The position numbers were made by a program, and so were the translations under genes. This document shows positions 51,451-62,710 of a DNA stretch of 64,000 bases, in pieces; within the stretch, counting starts at the first letter, position 1; the number at the start of each line of letters is the position of its first letter. Where the stretch lies: the NCBI GenBank assembly GCA_965202585.1, contig OZ241833.1:47616001-47680000 (forward strand), in the 5' to 3' direction. The DNA is from Thalia democratica (taxonomy: Eukaryota). The notes under the pieces were generated by a model. It was not told where the DNA came from, made no database searches, and saw only the letters and a program-made list of their open reading frames with translations.

Positions 51451-52344
51451 TTAATAGTCTGGAACAACAACATTTCCATCATCGTCATCTTCAGCTTCAT
51501 TTTCGGACTCATCATCACTTGTCACAACGATAGTTCTACACGTCTCTTCGTCATCATCTTGATTTTGATACGTCAACGCAGGTACATTTCTAATAGCAGG
51601 TACACCCATAAAATTCAGGAAAGGAATTAAACTAGCCAAAGTCGTTTCTGTGAATGTTCCAATTAGTACCCACGAGTTCGGTGTTCTCTTGTAAACTGAA
51701 ACTCCAACCGGAATACTTTCTTCATACCAAACACTTAACCATATGTCGTACGCCACAACAACGAACCACTGACTGTTGATGAATGAAGCTATCGTCAGCA
51801 ACGAGTCGCTGTTTGATCTTAGTAGTGGGAACATCACTAACGCACTTGGTCTCGCATGAGTAACGTTTATAACATTCGAGTCGTTCTCTTCTCTTCTGTA
51901 TGGAGACAATCCCATATAATCTGCAAAGTTGATGACGAAGTTGTTAGGTCTACGACCAACTGCAGGTAAATTTGGAAACATTATTTCTGTTCTAATTTGC
52001 AAAACTACACGGGGTCGCCTTTGATAAACATAACGAACTATAGCGACTTTTCGAGTGCTAACTGTTATACGTCTTACCCATATGTTAGAGTTTAATAAAC
52101 TATCAGGGTAAGTTATCATAATTGTATCCTCGCACTGGAAGCAAATGCATGGTATCTTGTTAACTACCGCTATGACTAAACCCATCATCCCATCCTGATC
52201 TTTATCGAGGTACATTGTGAGTCCATTTGTAAACTTGATGTGACGTGTTGGTACGTTCTGATATGCCCTGATTACACCCAGCGTCCCATCGAGCGTTATT
52301 TGATTGCCATAGCTCACTTTAACACGTATGAATTCATCTGCCAT
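51451..52344 (-). CDS. Unrecognised single-coding-exon protein, family member C (297 aa), with an acidic tail
   Basis: Long ORF; paralogous motifs (KVSYGN, MFPNLPA, DYMGLSPYRR, VPALTY). Confidence 0.88.
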   Translation of the reverse strand: MADEFIRVKVSYGNQITLDGTLGVIRAYQNVPTRHIKFTNGLTMYLDKDQDGMMGLVIAVVNKIPCICFQCEDTIMITYPDSLLNSNIWVRRITVSTRKVAIVRYVYQRRPRVVLQIRTEIMFPNLPAVGRRPNNFVINFADYMGLSPYRREENDSNVINVTHARPSALVMFPLLRSNSDSLLTIASFINSQWFVVVAYDIWLSVWYEESIPVGVSVYKRTPNSWVLIGTFTETTLASLIPFLNFMGVPAIRNVPALTYQNQDDDEETCRTIVVTSDDESENEAEDDDDGNVVVPDY

Positions 52345-53210
52345 TTTTCTTTCCTGTTAACAAAGTTTACTTTTAATGACAATTGAAAGAAAAAAATAAA
52401 GCGAGCTCAGATGACGAAAAAAATATTTCAAAGTTTTTGATTTTGGTTGGACCACAGTTAGATATTATTAAATATTTATAACTTTAGTTGCTTTAAGCTG
52501 CTAAACAAAATCAATTAGTTGTTATTGCTTTAGGTCCTAGTACTTGACTAAATAAAATTTTGAACGATTTATCTACAGTACCTAATAAAAATTGTTTCTA
52601 CTAGATTTCTTATGTTTTTATTTAAATTTAAAAAATGTGGAAACTAGTAAAAGTTTTAATACTATAAATAACTCTAATTGAGATGCTTACGTCTGAAAAT
52701 GTTTTACTAAAATATTAATAAGCATTTTTTTTATATTAAACCAGTAGTAAACATCAAGCTCATGTTTCAAGCCTTGAAAGTTATCGTTGAAGTTATAAAC
52801 TAGTAAAGGACATAATACTCTATCAATTTTCTATCAATTAAAAAACAAATTCTAAAATTCATAACTTACTTGTAAAATACAAACTTGTAACAATATCTTC
52901 AACCTTCAGTGTAAAATTTTGCAATCCTACTAATTGCATTAAAGTAATGTTATATTTATACTACAGTAAATATCAATCTACTCAAAATTGTAATCAATTA
53001 TTTTACTTTAATTAAATAACTACTTTCAATTATACAAAAAAGTCTTTTTAGTTTTTTTCCTTTGCAGTTTCAAAGCAAGTTTTTAAATGTTTAAACAGTT
53101 CATAAACTATAATAATTGTTTTTAGTGAAAAGAAACAAAAATAGTGAACTTATAAGTTTATGATGGTGTTTTAACATTCATGTTAATTTATACTATAGTG
53201 TTAAAACAGG

Positions 53211-53523
53211 AACGGGTCAAAAAAGCACTAAGACATAATTACACGAGATTACTAAATTGCACGTAAAAAATTTTGTACGGAAGGTCTTTTCTGTACGAGC
53301 GTAAAATTATATGCGTATATAAAACTGAAAAACAAATAAATAAAAATATAAAAAAGAAAAAAAAAATCTGACCGAGAGTATGGGTTAGGGGTAACAGTGA
53401 TAGAAAAAATAATAACAAAATCACTAATATAACAATTTAAAAAACAAATAACAATATATAAAACTTAAATGATTTAAAAAAAACACTACCGGCCGAGGGT
53501 AAAGGTTTGAGGTAACAGTGATA
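53211..53523. mobile_element. Decayed element related to 39894-40254
   Basis: Begins acgggtcaaa and carries gg(t)aacagtgata twice (~53390 and ~53512), as in the 39.9-kb element. Confidence 0.4.
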
Positions 53524-56500
53524 ATATGTTAATCTATCTAAGTGTAAATTAAAATAGAGTATGTAAATACCTCACTCACTCAATTGTCACTTTACGTATG
53601 ATTTAATACGATATTTCAATTAAATGTTTATACATATTTGTACATAAATTAAATTGGGATTTATTAACCGAATAACTGACTAATTATACTAAAGTCTCTT
53701 AAACGCTGTTCTTTATTTGTTTTGAACAAATACTTTAAAAAACGTAATGTTTTTATTTTCAATTCGCCCTATATAATTTTGGGTTCTTTTATGAATCTAA
53801 ATGAGATGCTAACATAATGGTATTTTACTGAACATTAATAAACATCAATTTTGATTTTATGGTACAAAGCAAGTAAACATTAAGGTTGCGTGTAAAACTT
53901 TTACATTTTTTGAAAATACAAGAATAACAAAATACATTATTATTATGCTATGTTTTAATAGAAACTTTAAAGTTATTTGCTTACATGTTTAATACACAAT
54001 TGTGGCAATAACTTCAACTTTTGGTGTAAAATTTTGCAATTGTACTGAAGCGCATAATAACAATGTTATATTTATACTACAGCAATTATCAATATACTCA
54101 AAATTGTAATAATTTATTGTACAATAATTAACGACTAATTTCAATTATACATAACAGGCTTTTAGTACTTTTTAATTTGCAGTTTTAAAGCAAGATTCTA
54201 GATGTTAAAAAAGTTCATAAATCATAATACTTGATTTTAGTGAAAAGAAGTAAAAAAAGTTTATCTAAAACTTTATGATAGTGTTTTAGTACTCATATTT
54301 ACTTATATTATCTGTGTTAAAACATGTACTGCACTAAAATCTATACTAACATATTTTTACTAACATATTTATAAGAGTAAAAGATTTGAGTAGAATTTCA
54401 AGTTTTTTATAACTTTAAATTCAAATAAAGTGTTTTATTGTTTAAACTGGTGAAAATTTATCTATTTTTTAGCCTTCAGTTTATTATCTTCTTTTATTTA
54501 AAGTAAATTTTAGCCATACGATTTTTGTGTATACAAGTTTGTTTTATATAATAGATTTATCAAACAAATAAAAAATCTACTAGCTGCATCAACTTATAGA
54601 TAACCAAGGGAAACAATTTAAAAAGCTTATTAGTTACTTCACTTTAAATTTAAGAATTTCATTCACTTTTTGCAAGTTTTCAAAGTTTTAAAAAGTTTGT
54701 GTTCTTTTATGTTTGCTTGGCCGAGTTAACAGAATAAATAGAACAAAGCAAAGATTAATACCCGTTATATATATAAATTTCTACAAATAAAGAACTATAA
54801 TTTGCATATAAGAAACTTAGTAAAGCAAATTAAACTTTTTTAAAAATCAACATTGTTGATTAGTTTAATCTAAGATTACAACTAATTTACTTATTGAGGT
54901 TAAACTGGTAAAATTTGTGGGTTATCTATAAACTAAAAGCTTTACAACCTAGTAAAAAATCTTTATTTTTAATATTTTTTCATGTTAAAAATGTTATGTT
55001 GTATAACTGTGCAAATTTAAGCATTGTTATTTACTGGTCGAGTACAAGTACTTTAGAGTTTAAACATTTAAAGTTGTTTTTATAACTTTTGGTTTTTCTG
55101 AAATGCTATTGAAAAAATCGATTAAGATGGTATTTACTACTCATAGGTACTTATGTTATATTTGTTAAATCAGCTACGATTAAAAATTTATTTATAATAG
55201 TATTATCGCAGTTCTGTTCAGTAAAAGATACTTAAGTGAATGTTCTCTAATTGTTTTCATATCAGCTATATATTTGCATGAGTAAAATTTTTAGAGTAAA
55301 GTTTTCAGTTATTTTGCTTTTAAGATATATTTTGAAAGTTTTCATTGTTAAGTTGATACAAATTCAATACACGTATTATTTTACCAAAAAGTTAGGTTTA
55401 AGTTTATTTTTTACGGAATTATTAATAACTCATCAATAACTTAGCTCTTTTTAGCATTAATTAAACTATTTATTATTTTCGGTAGCCTATAGTATTTATG
55501 TTTAAAATAATAAATTCTCTAAGTTTATTTTGTAAAACTTTTGTGGTGTTGATAAAAGTTCATTAGTTTGGTTTCATTATACGTACTTTAGTTTTTACAA
55601 TCACAATAATATTACTTCTATAAATTCAAAATCAAAACAATAAATATAAGGATTTTTTATAACGAATATTTTCTTCGTCGATTGTGCTATAACAGGTTTC
55701 GCTAAGGTTTTAAAGTGTTTAGTTAACTCTAGAATTAATTAAGTAAAACTTAATACTAATAGAGAATACACTTTATCAAATGATATTGTTTTAGTTAAAA
55801 GAGACAAAATTAACGTATCTACAACATTGTTTTATTAAAATAATTTGTATAATCGTGAAGTTTTTATATTGTATAACTATTCGAACGGTTTGAACTACTT
55901 AAAAATAAAATTATTTGGAAAAATGAGTGTTTAAGTATTTTATCAGAGTAAGAAATATAAGTGTAAGTAAAAATAAAATCAAAGTTTTGTTATTTTTACT
56001 TATGCTAAAGATTTATAAGTACAATGTTTTTTAAAATAAGTTCTAAAAGAAGTTTTTGAGCTTTAAAACTACCTTAATATAAATTTGATTAAACTTCATT
56101 TTCACATAAAGCCTTGATATAATAAGGCAATAAATATTATTTAAATAAAAATAAGTGTCCTCAAACTTGTTGTAAGTTTTTTTAACATTTCTAGCATTTA
56201 TAAAGAATAATTGTTATTATTGCAGTTTCATTTTTTAAATTTAAGCATATTGTTATATAAATGTTAAAAAAATTAATTTAAATAATCAAACTTCTAAACC
56301 AGGTGATATTTTCAACTAAAAGTAAATATATACATTTAAAATAGTAAATGCATTATTCGTTTATATCACTACCTCGTTTTCTATTAAACTAGTTTCCTTA
56401 TGCTAATTCAATTTGAGTTCTAATCTTTTAGATTGAGATGAAATTGTACAGCTTGTCATTCTTCAGCGGAAAAACCGTTTAATTACTACTCTGCTTCAAA

Positions 56501-56699
56501 AGCGTTATGGTATTATAGAACTAAATCAATAAATCAGTTTTTTTTTTTAACAAAAAATTTCACGCTTTAATTTTATTTTATTGTTTGCGACAATAAGTAA
56601 AAGTCAAATCATTCATAATCTGGAAAAAACATGATATAACAAAAATAAATTAGAAATAATACTACTTTGCAAGAAAGATATCTGCTTAATAAGAAGACT

Positions 56700-57125
56700 A
56701 GCAAGAAATACCTGATCTGAAAAAATCAAAATGTTTTTGTTCTTCTTCTTGTACGATCCTAATGACATCACGAAAGCACCCTGGAACTTTCATATTTGTC
56801 GTGACGCTCCCTTCGGAATGGAGACATTCTTTCTTCGAAAAGGAGACAAACCCAAGTAGTCTGTCGCATTGAAATCCAATCTGTCAAATATGTTGCCGAT
56901 TGCGGGCAAACTTGGAACGTTAAATATTTCTCTTCTGATAAACATCCATGCGTTAAAAGCTGCAAGGTAAAATGACGCTACAACCATTTTTAGTGCGCCT
57001 ATTGTTAGAGGTCTCAGTATAACGAGTCTGTCCCCACTTTCAAAAAATATAAGTCCATCTTCTATCGTAACGTAAACTGTTAGAACGGGTTTGATCGCTA
57101 CAATTTGTCTCTGTTTGCTTGCCAT
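56700..57125 (-). pseudogene. Family member D, truncated at 111 aa by a frameshift (ATG 57125, TGA 56792-56790)
   Basis: Similar to member A up to DYLGLSPFRR. A ~20-nt internal duplication (56806-56847) shifts the frame; homologous VTTNMKVP/GAFVM continues out of frame. Confidence 0.75.
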
Positions 57126-59353
57126 TTTCTTGTCTGTAAAAAAAATAAATATCAACTTAATAATTAATTAAGACTACTTCTGTTTTTTTTCATTGAGATT
57201 TTAATATTTAAATCAGCGATACTTAACTTGGTGTACCCTTGTTTCTAGGGGTACAAGCTGTGCAAATTATGTTTATTTGTTGGGTTTTTATTTTATAAGT
57301 TTGTGTTTTTAAAAGTTTTATTCTTCTTTTAGTTAAAATAAACTATTTATATTTTAATGCTTTTTTTTAGTATGAGACTTAAATTTCAAAAATTGTAGTT
57401 CCTTTCTTCAAAATAAAGCACTGTTTAACTAAATATTATGAGTAAATTTAATAATTGCCTTCCAAAAAGGAGTAAAACATGAAAGAAGGTTATGAACCGC
57501 TAGATAAACACACATGTAAAAATATTGCTTTAAAGTTCAAAATATTTTGCCTATTTCCAAAATTAATAAATTTTACTTTTTTTAAGCTGAAACAAAGTAA
57601 AATTTGAGAATTTACTTTTATATTTTTAGTAAGTATACTAGCTTTAGCAACTTTTCAAATACTTAATAGTCTAAAACAAATATAGTACTTATATTAAACT
57701 CTTTCCACTAGATTTTATATAGTTATACTTATTCTTTAAACAATGTGTAAAAACAACCATTAAAAGTTTAAGTAATATGTGTCTAAACTTTTGTATTATT
57801 CTTATATTTTGCTTGCATTTGTTTTTCAATTAAAATTTGAATAATTAAGACTAAATAAAATATTTTTATTGTTTTTTAATTAAGATACTAAAATTTGGAT
57901 GATATTAAAACTCTGCTGTAATAATAAGCACACATAACAAATTTTAAGCTTACTTTTTTAGTTTGATTTTGGTCAAAATCTTTAACTTTTGGTGTAATCT
58001 TCTACATAATCTTACTAAAGTGCAGTAAAGAGTGCAAAATATATACTGAAACAGAAATTAATTTATTCAAAATTGTAATCAATAATTGAAAAAAAAAACA
58101 TTTGCTTATTAGTTATGAAATATAAAGCTTATGATTTATGAAGCTTAAAATTTCTAAAGCAGTTGATATATAAATATTTAAATTATAAAGTTTTTAGTAA
58201 AGTTGTAATGATAAATAAGACAGTTATAATAAAAAAACTAAAATTGCGTTTTAAACTTTAGTAATTTATTTAGAATTGAAAAATAAATGCTTCTAAGTTA
58301 ATATAATGTATCTTGTTTTGGAACTTAGCCATAATTTTTACTGAAAAAAATCTATTTATAAGTTTTTTTTAAATTATAGCAACCACTGCATTTCTGCATT
58401 TACAAAAACAATAATGTAAAGTTTCGATTTTTGTTTGTAAAAACTGAAATAAACTTTTATAAAAATTGTGAAGTGTAGTAGTATAACTGTTGCCTATTAT
58501 TCTACCCTTAATTTTTTTCGACAAATTTATAAACAAAAAGCCTTGTTTAGCACTGTAGACTACACTTTAGAACTTTTATAAATAAACAGTATCATTAAGC
58601 ATAGTATTAAAAAACAATCTTTTTTTTTAAATCAAATTTTATTGCTTTATGTCAAGTTTATTACATTTTGACTGTATAGTGTGCAGTTACGAATATCTTT
58701 TATCATTTGAATTTAGTTTAATGAAAACAAAATATGATAGAATTTTAAGAATAAGTGTTTTTTTACTTAGAAGCCTAAAAAAACGAAATTTTAAACAGAG
58801 TTTTGGTTGATTTTATACCAGTTTAACTTTTCACTTTAAGTATTCAAACGATGTTTATCATCTTGAACTAAGTTTTTGTTACAATGTATGTTTCTTAATG
58901 GTTGTTTTATATAAACTAGTCTGAATAATAAAAACACTGTACCTAAAAAAAACAGTTTAATTTTTTAACTCAAGTACAAATATATAAAAAATAGTTGCGC
59001 AAGTTTTTTAGAATATAATGAATCTAAAGTTATTTTATCAAAATAAGCTACATTTAGAAATTTTTTAATTACAAATTTTAAATTCATAGTTTGCTAACAC
59101 TTGAATTTTAATTAACTACAATGTTTATTACTTTCTATGCATTGTATAAAACTAAAAGGTTTTTTAAGTAAAAAAGCTAAAAATTTAAGCTTTATTGTTT
59201 AACATAGCTTTGTGATTTCTTGTAGTTTTATGATAATACGAACTTGATAATAATTTTAAAATATGTGTTTAAACATTGATAGTTAATCGTTATTTTTTAT
59301 TTAAAGAAATTTCAAAGCTGTCGTTGTTGTCGACTGCAGTTCTAAGGTCGCTT

Positions 59354-59364
59354 CTGATTGGCTA
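59354..59364 (-). promoter_or_regulatory. Possible CCAAT (NF-Y) box, TAGCCAATCAG, in a locally GC-richer patch upstream of the array
   Basis: Close match to the NF-Y consensus; no expression evidence. Confidence 0.25.
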
Positions 59365-61112
59365 AAGTTTTACTTTTCTTTGTACAAAGCTCCAAGATTT
59401 TTTTTGTATACTTGGGTAAGGTGGGTTAGGGATAGTGTGTAAATTAAAAATTGAAAACATTTTGGGTAATGTGAGTTAAGGAAAATGATAAAGATGTTGT
59501 TAATACTCTACTGTATTTATCGATATAATGTTATGAAGGAAAACATTTCCAGAACCCTACAACTGCGGCCGACCCGTGGAAAAGCGATAAGAATAACTCA
59601 AAGTATTTTCAATAGATGGTTTTTTAAACAGATAAAAGTTGAAAGTAAATTCAATAATAACTACTTAAACAATAACAAAGTATTCTTTTTTAAAATGAAA
59701 AATGTTATACAAAATAGTTTTAATTCATCTTGAAATTTTTCAAAATCACATTTATAAGTAGTTAAGGTTTCTTTAAATATCTGTCGCAATAAATTCTACA
59801 AAAAAAAAGATTCTTTTTAGTTTAGGTATCACTTTACGCAAACTAATTTTACTTTTATATAATTATAATTTATATTTGTTTACAATTTTCAAAAAAAATA
59901 CTTTAATTATAAGTTTATACCTAAAAATATAATTTTTATTTAAGAAATGGTTTCTTCAGAAATAAGCGTTTTTTTGTGTACTATATTTGTTGATAGGTGA
60001 ACAATATTTTAAAACTAGTTAAGATTAAGCTAAAATAAGTCATTACAAAAAAAAGTGTCTTTACTATTAAATTTTTAAAACTTTATGATTGTGGTTACCA
60101 AGGTAACAATATTTTTGTAAGCAGTTATGTTTCTATAGTTGAATTATCTTCAACATTTTGTTTATAATGAATTGTAAAGCTAAAAATTCAACAGAGAGTT
60201 CAGAACAAACTTGTAATTTAACTGAACTTGTTAAGAATGCTGAGAATTTAAATAAATGCACCTATTTTTTTATGTAAGATAAACAAAAAACCTTAAACAA
60301 CCATACATAGGTTTAAATATTTTTGAATTGATAAATATTTTCATTTATATTAAAAGAAGTTTTATTACATTAAATTTTTTAAGATATTAACTTGTTGGTC
60401 AAGAAGTGTAATTTCAAACATCAAAATAAATATATTCTGTTTTTAAAAGTATGTAAACATGTTTTAAAACGGGTTAAAATAATTATACAGTTAGATATAT
60501 AGAACAAAAAAAAATACAAAATTAAAAATAGTGAGTTTATTTTACAGTAACTGCACAGTGAAAAATTATATTAAGAACTGCAGAAAAAATAAAATCAATA
60601 GAAATTAATAATAAAATTAATAAAAATAAAATTAACTTCATTAATAATGGATTCATATACACATAATTATAAAGCACAGTTTAGAAATATGAAAATAAAA
60701 TATTTTCATTCAGTGAGTAATTAACTAAAGCCATAGATCACAGTCAAAGATGTTTTATAAACTATAAAAAGAATAAAAAATAGAACTAAAATAAAACATT
60801 ATAGATAGAAAATACAAAATAAATATAACTAAAACTAAAAGCAAAGTTTGTTATAGCAATTATAAATCATTAATAAAAAATAAAGTAACTAATTAAATGT
60901 ATTTGACTTATCTTCAGTTAAAAATCTTAACATAATTTTTATGAATAAAGAAAGAGACAAACAGAGTTTTGCATATATTCAAAATAAACAATAAAGCTTA
61001 ATCATAACATGAATTTAATATTCTAAGATGCATTGCTAAGTTTTAAAAGTTATTCGTTTGAAAGACTTTGTGTGATAAAAACTGCAAGTATTTTAATTAT
61101 TTTTCACAAAAT

Positions 61113-61173
61113 TTATTCTGTCGATTTGTTGTTTATTTTTGGCGATGAACTTGTAGGCTGGGAAGAACGGAAA
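61113..61173 (-). CDS. Coiled-coil protein, terminal exon (FRSSQPTSSSPKINNKSTE-stop)
   Basis: tttcag acceptor, phase 2 fits, TAA at 61115-61113. Confidence 0.8.
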
Positions 61174-61373
61174 CTGAAATAAAATAATAAATATTTATTT
61201 TATTTTATTAACTTTCATGTTTTTGCTATTAGTATAAATTCTTAAGGGTAAAAATAATATTTTGTTGGAACAGATTCAAATAAATATTGTCAAATAAAAA
61301 AGTACTACATCTTTTGTTGTTTAATTGCTACTTTGCTTACTTATTTTAAATGCATAAAAAAATAAAAAACTTT

Positions 61374-61586
61374 ACCACACGACCGTCAACAACAGTATCC
61401 GAGACAACCTACGACCGGTTTCGTACTTATTAGGACCCATCACGCAGGCATATTAACGAGAGACCCTTATCCCGTTTGCTTAGATCTCAACAGCGGTTTC
61501 TCGTGACTATGCCTGCCTGATAAGTCCTAATAAGTACGAAACCGGTCGTAGGTTGTCTCGGATGCTGTTGTTGATGGTCGTATGGT
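61374..61586. mobile_element. 213-bp foldback MITE with long terminal inverted repeats
   Basis: The outer 63 nt of each arm are inverted repeats with 3 mismatches; weaker pairing continues ~30 nt further around a ~25-nt spacer. No coding capacity. Confidence 0.85.
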
Positions 61587-61740
61587 GATGTTTAATATTA
61601 ATGGCAAAACATTTCAACTTTGTTGATGATGGTCTAAATATATACTGGTTATTCAAATTATTAATAAACAGGCAACTAATCAGAAACAGTTACTTACAAT
61701 TTACTTGTATATGTTAAGTAAGTAGTTTAATTAAACTAAC

Positions 61741-61911
61741 TTATGGATTATTGGACTTTCATTGGACAGAGTGACTTTTTTATCTGGTGACAAATTTCTA
61801 ATCGGTGACAAATTAACTTTTCTGTCAGGCGACTTTAGTGAACTGCTGAGTTGAAATTTGCACGGAGATTTGTTCAAGTCGTTCTTAATTGTTTCCATTG
61901 TGTCTCTGTAC
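61741..61911 (-). CDS. Coiled-coil protein exon with an SP-rich tail (YRDTMETIKNDLNKSPCKF…SPDRKVNLSPIRNLSPDKK…SPIIH)
   Basis: ttccag acceptor and GTTAGT donor; phase 2-2; open frame. Confidence 0.85.
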
Positions 61912-62506
61912 CTGGAAAGTATTTAAGTGATATAATTTGAAAATAAATACATAAATTAAGTAATACAGTTCAACATTTGTTTGTTCTAAAAAAATTTTAT
62001 AAGCTCAGTTTTCTGCTTTTGGGTCGTATGTATATCATTAAAAGTATAAAACTATGGATTAATGCTAACAGTACTACAAAAGTATTTTAGTTATAAAACG
62101 AACATAGTTAATCTTAACTTTTTTTTAAATTAATTTACCCAATCAATTTTGGGGACATTAAAAAGCTTTAGTTTAACCAATGTGCATTTTTGATAAGTAC
62201 TTACATAAAACTACATTTAGGTGTGGTTATATAATACCACTCTTGTTCACAAAAGATACTTAAGCAGATAAAACTACACATATTTTAAAAATAGGATTTA
62301 AACTTACATAAAACAATAGTACTTGTAGATAAATTTTACTAATTTATTTGAAAAAGATAGTTATGTGTTATATAAGGTGAAACTTAAACAAAATTTTTAA
62401 TTAAAACATAAAAACTTTAAAAAACAATTTTAAAAACCAAAAGTTATCTAACTTGCAAATTTCTTTAAATTAACCAAGCTATGCTAAAAGTTTAAGTAAC
62501 AGTAAT

Positions 62507-62673
62507 ACTAAATTTACCTTTAGTAATTAAAAAATCGTAATACAGTTAACCTATAGTATTTAAAAAAATAATGAAAAATACTAAGTTAATTACTTTACGT
62601 AATTTAAAAATTGTAATACAGTTAACCTATAATATTTAATCAAATAATGAAAAAAACTAAACTTACCTTTTGT
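62507..62673. repeat. ~75-bp tandem duplication (about 2.2 units) that includes the donor of exon 62667-62710
   Basis: Units start at 62507, 62580 and 62656; shared gtaatacagttaacctata.tatttaa…aaataatgaaaaa.actaa. Confidence 0.85.
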
Positions 62674-62710
62674 ATCTTTCTGATATCCTTTCTCTTTCTT
62701 TTCTTGATTC
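62667..62710 (-). CDS. Coiled-coil protein, 44-nt exon (ESRKERERISERYK)
   Basis: ttttag acceptor and AG|GTAAGT donor; phase 0 to 2. Confidence 0.85.

Noticed and set aside
40885-57125. Actinoporin resemblance of the array proteins (LSPFR as in equinatoxin YNLSPFRGDNGW)
   Set aside because: The match is five residues, and the W-rich strand precedes this motif in actinoporins but follows it here, so the sequences are not collinear.
56768-57155. ORF-track start at 57155 and the overlapping ORF 56768-56965
   Set aside because: The paralogue-like start is the ATG at 57125, just after an AG acceptor; the second ORF is the shifted frame of the pseudogene.
57231-57255. Small hairpin tgtacccttgtttctaggggtaca
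   Set aside because: A short imperfect stem with no second copy seen could arise by chance.
59485-59733. Plus-strand 82-aa ORF
   Set aside because: It has low-complexity N/K/F composition and overlaps what looks like a decayed repeat (gggttaggga, gacccgt).
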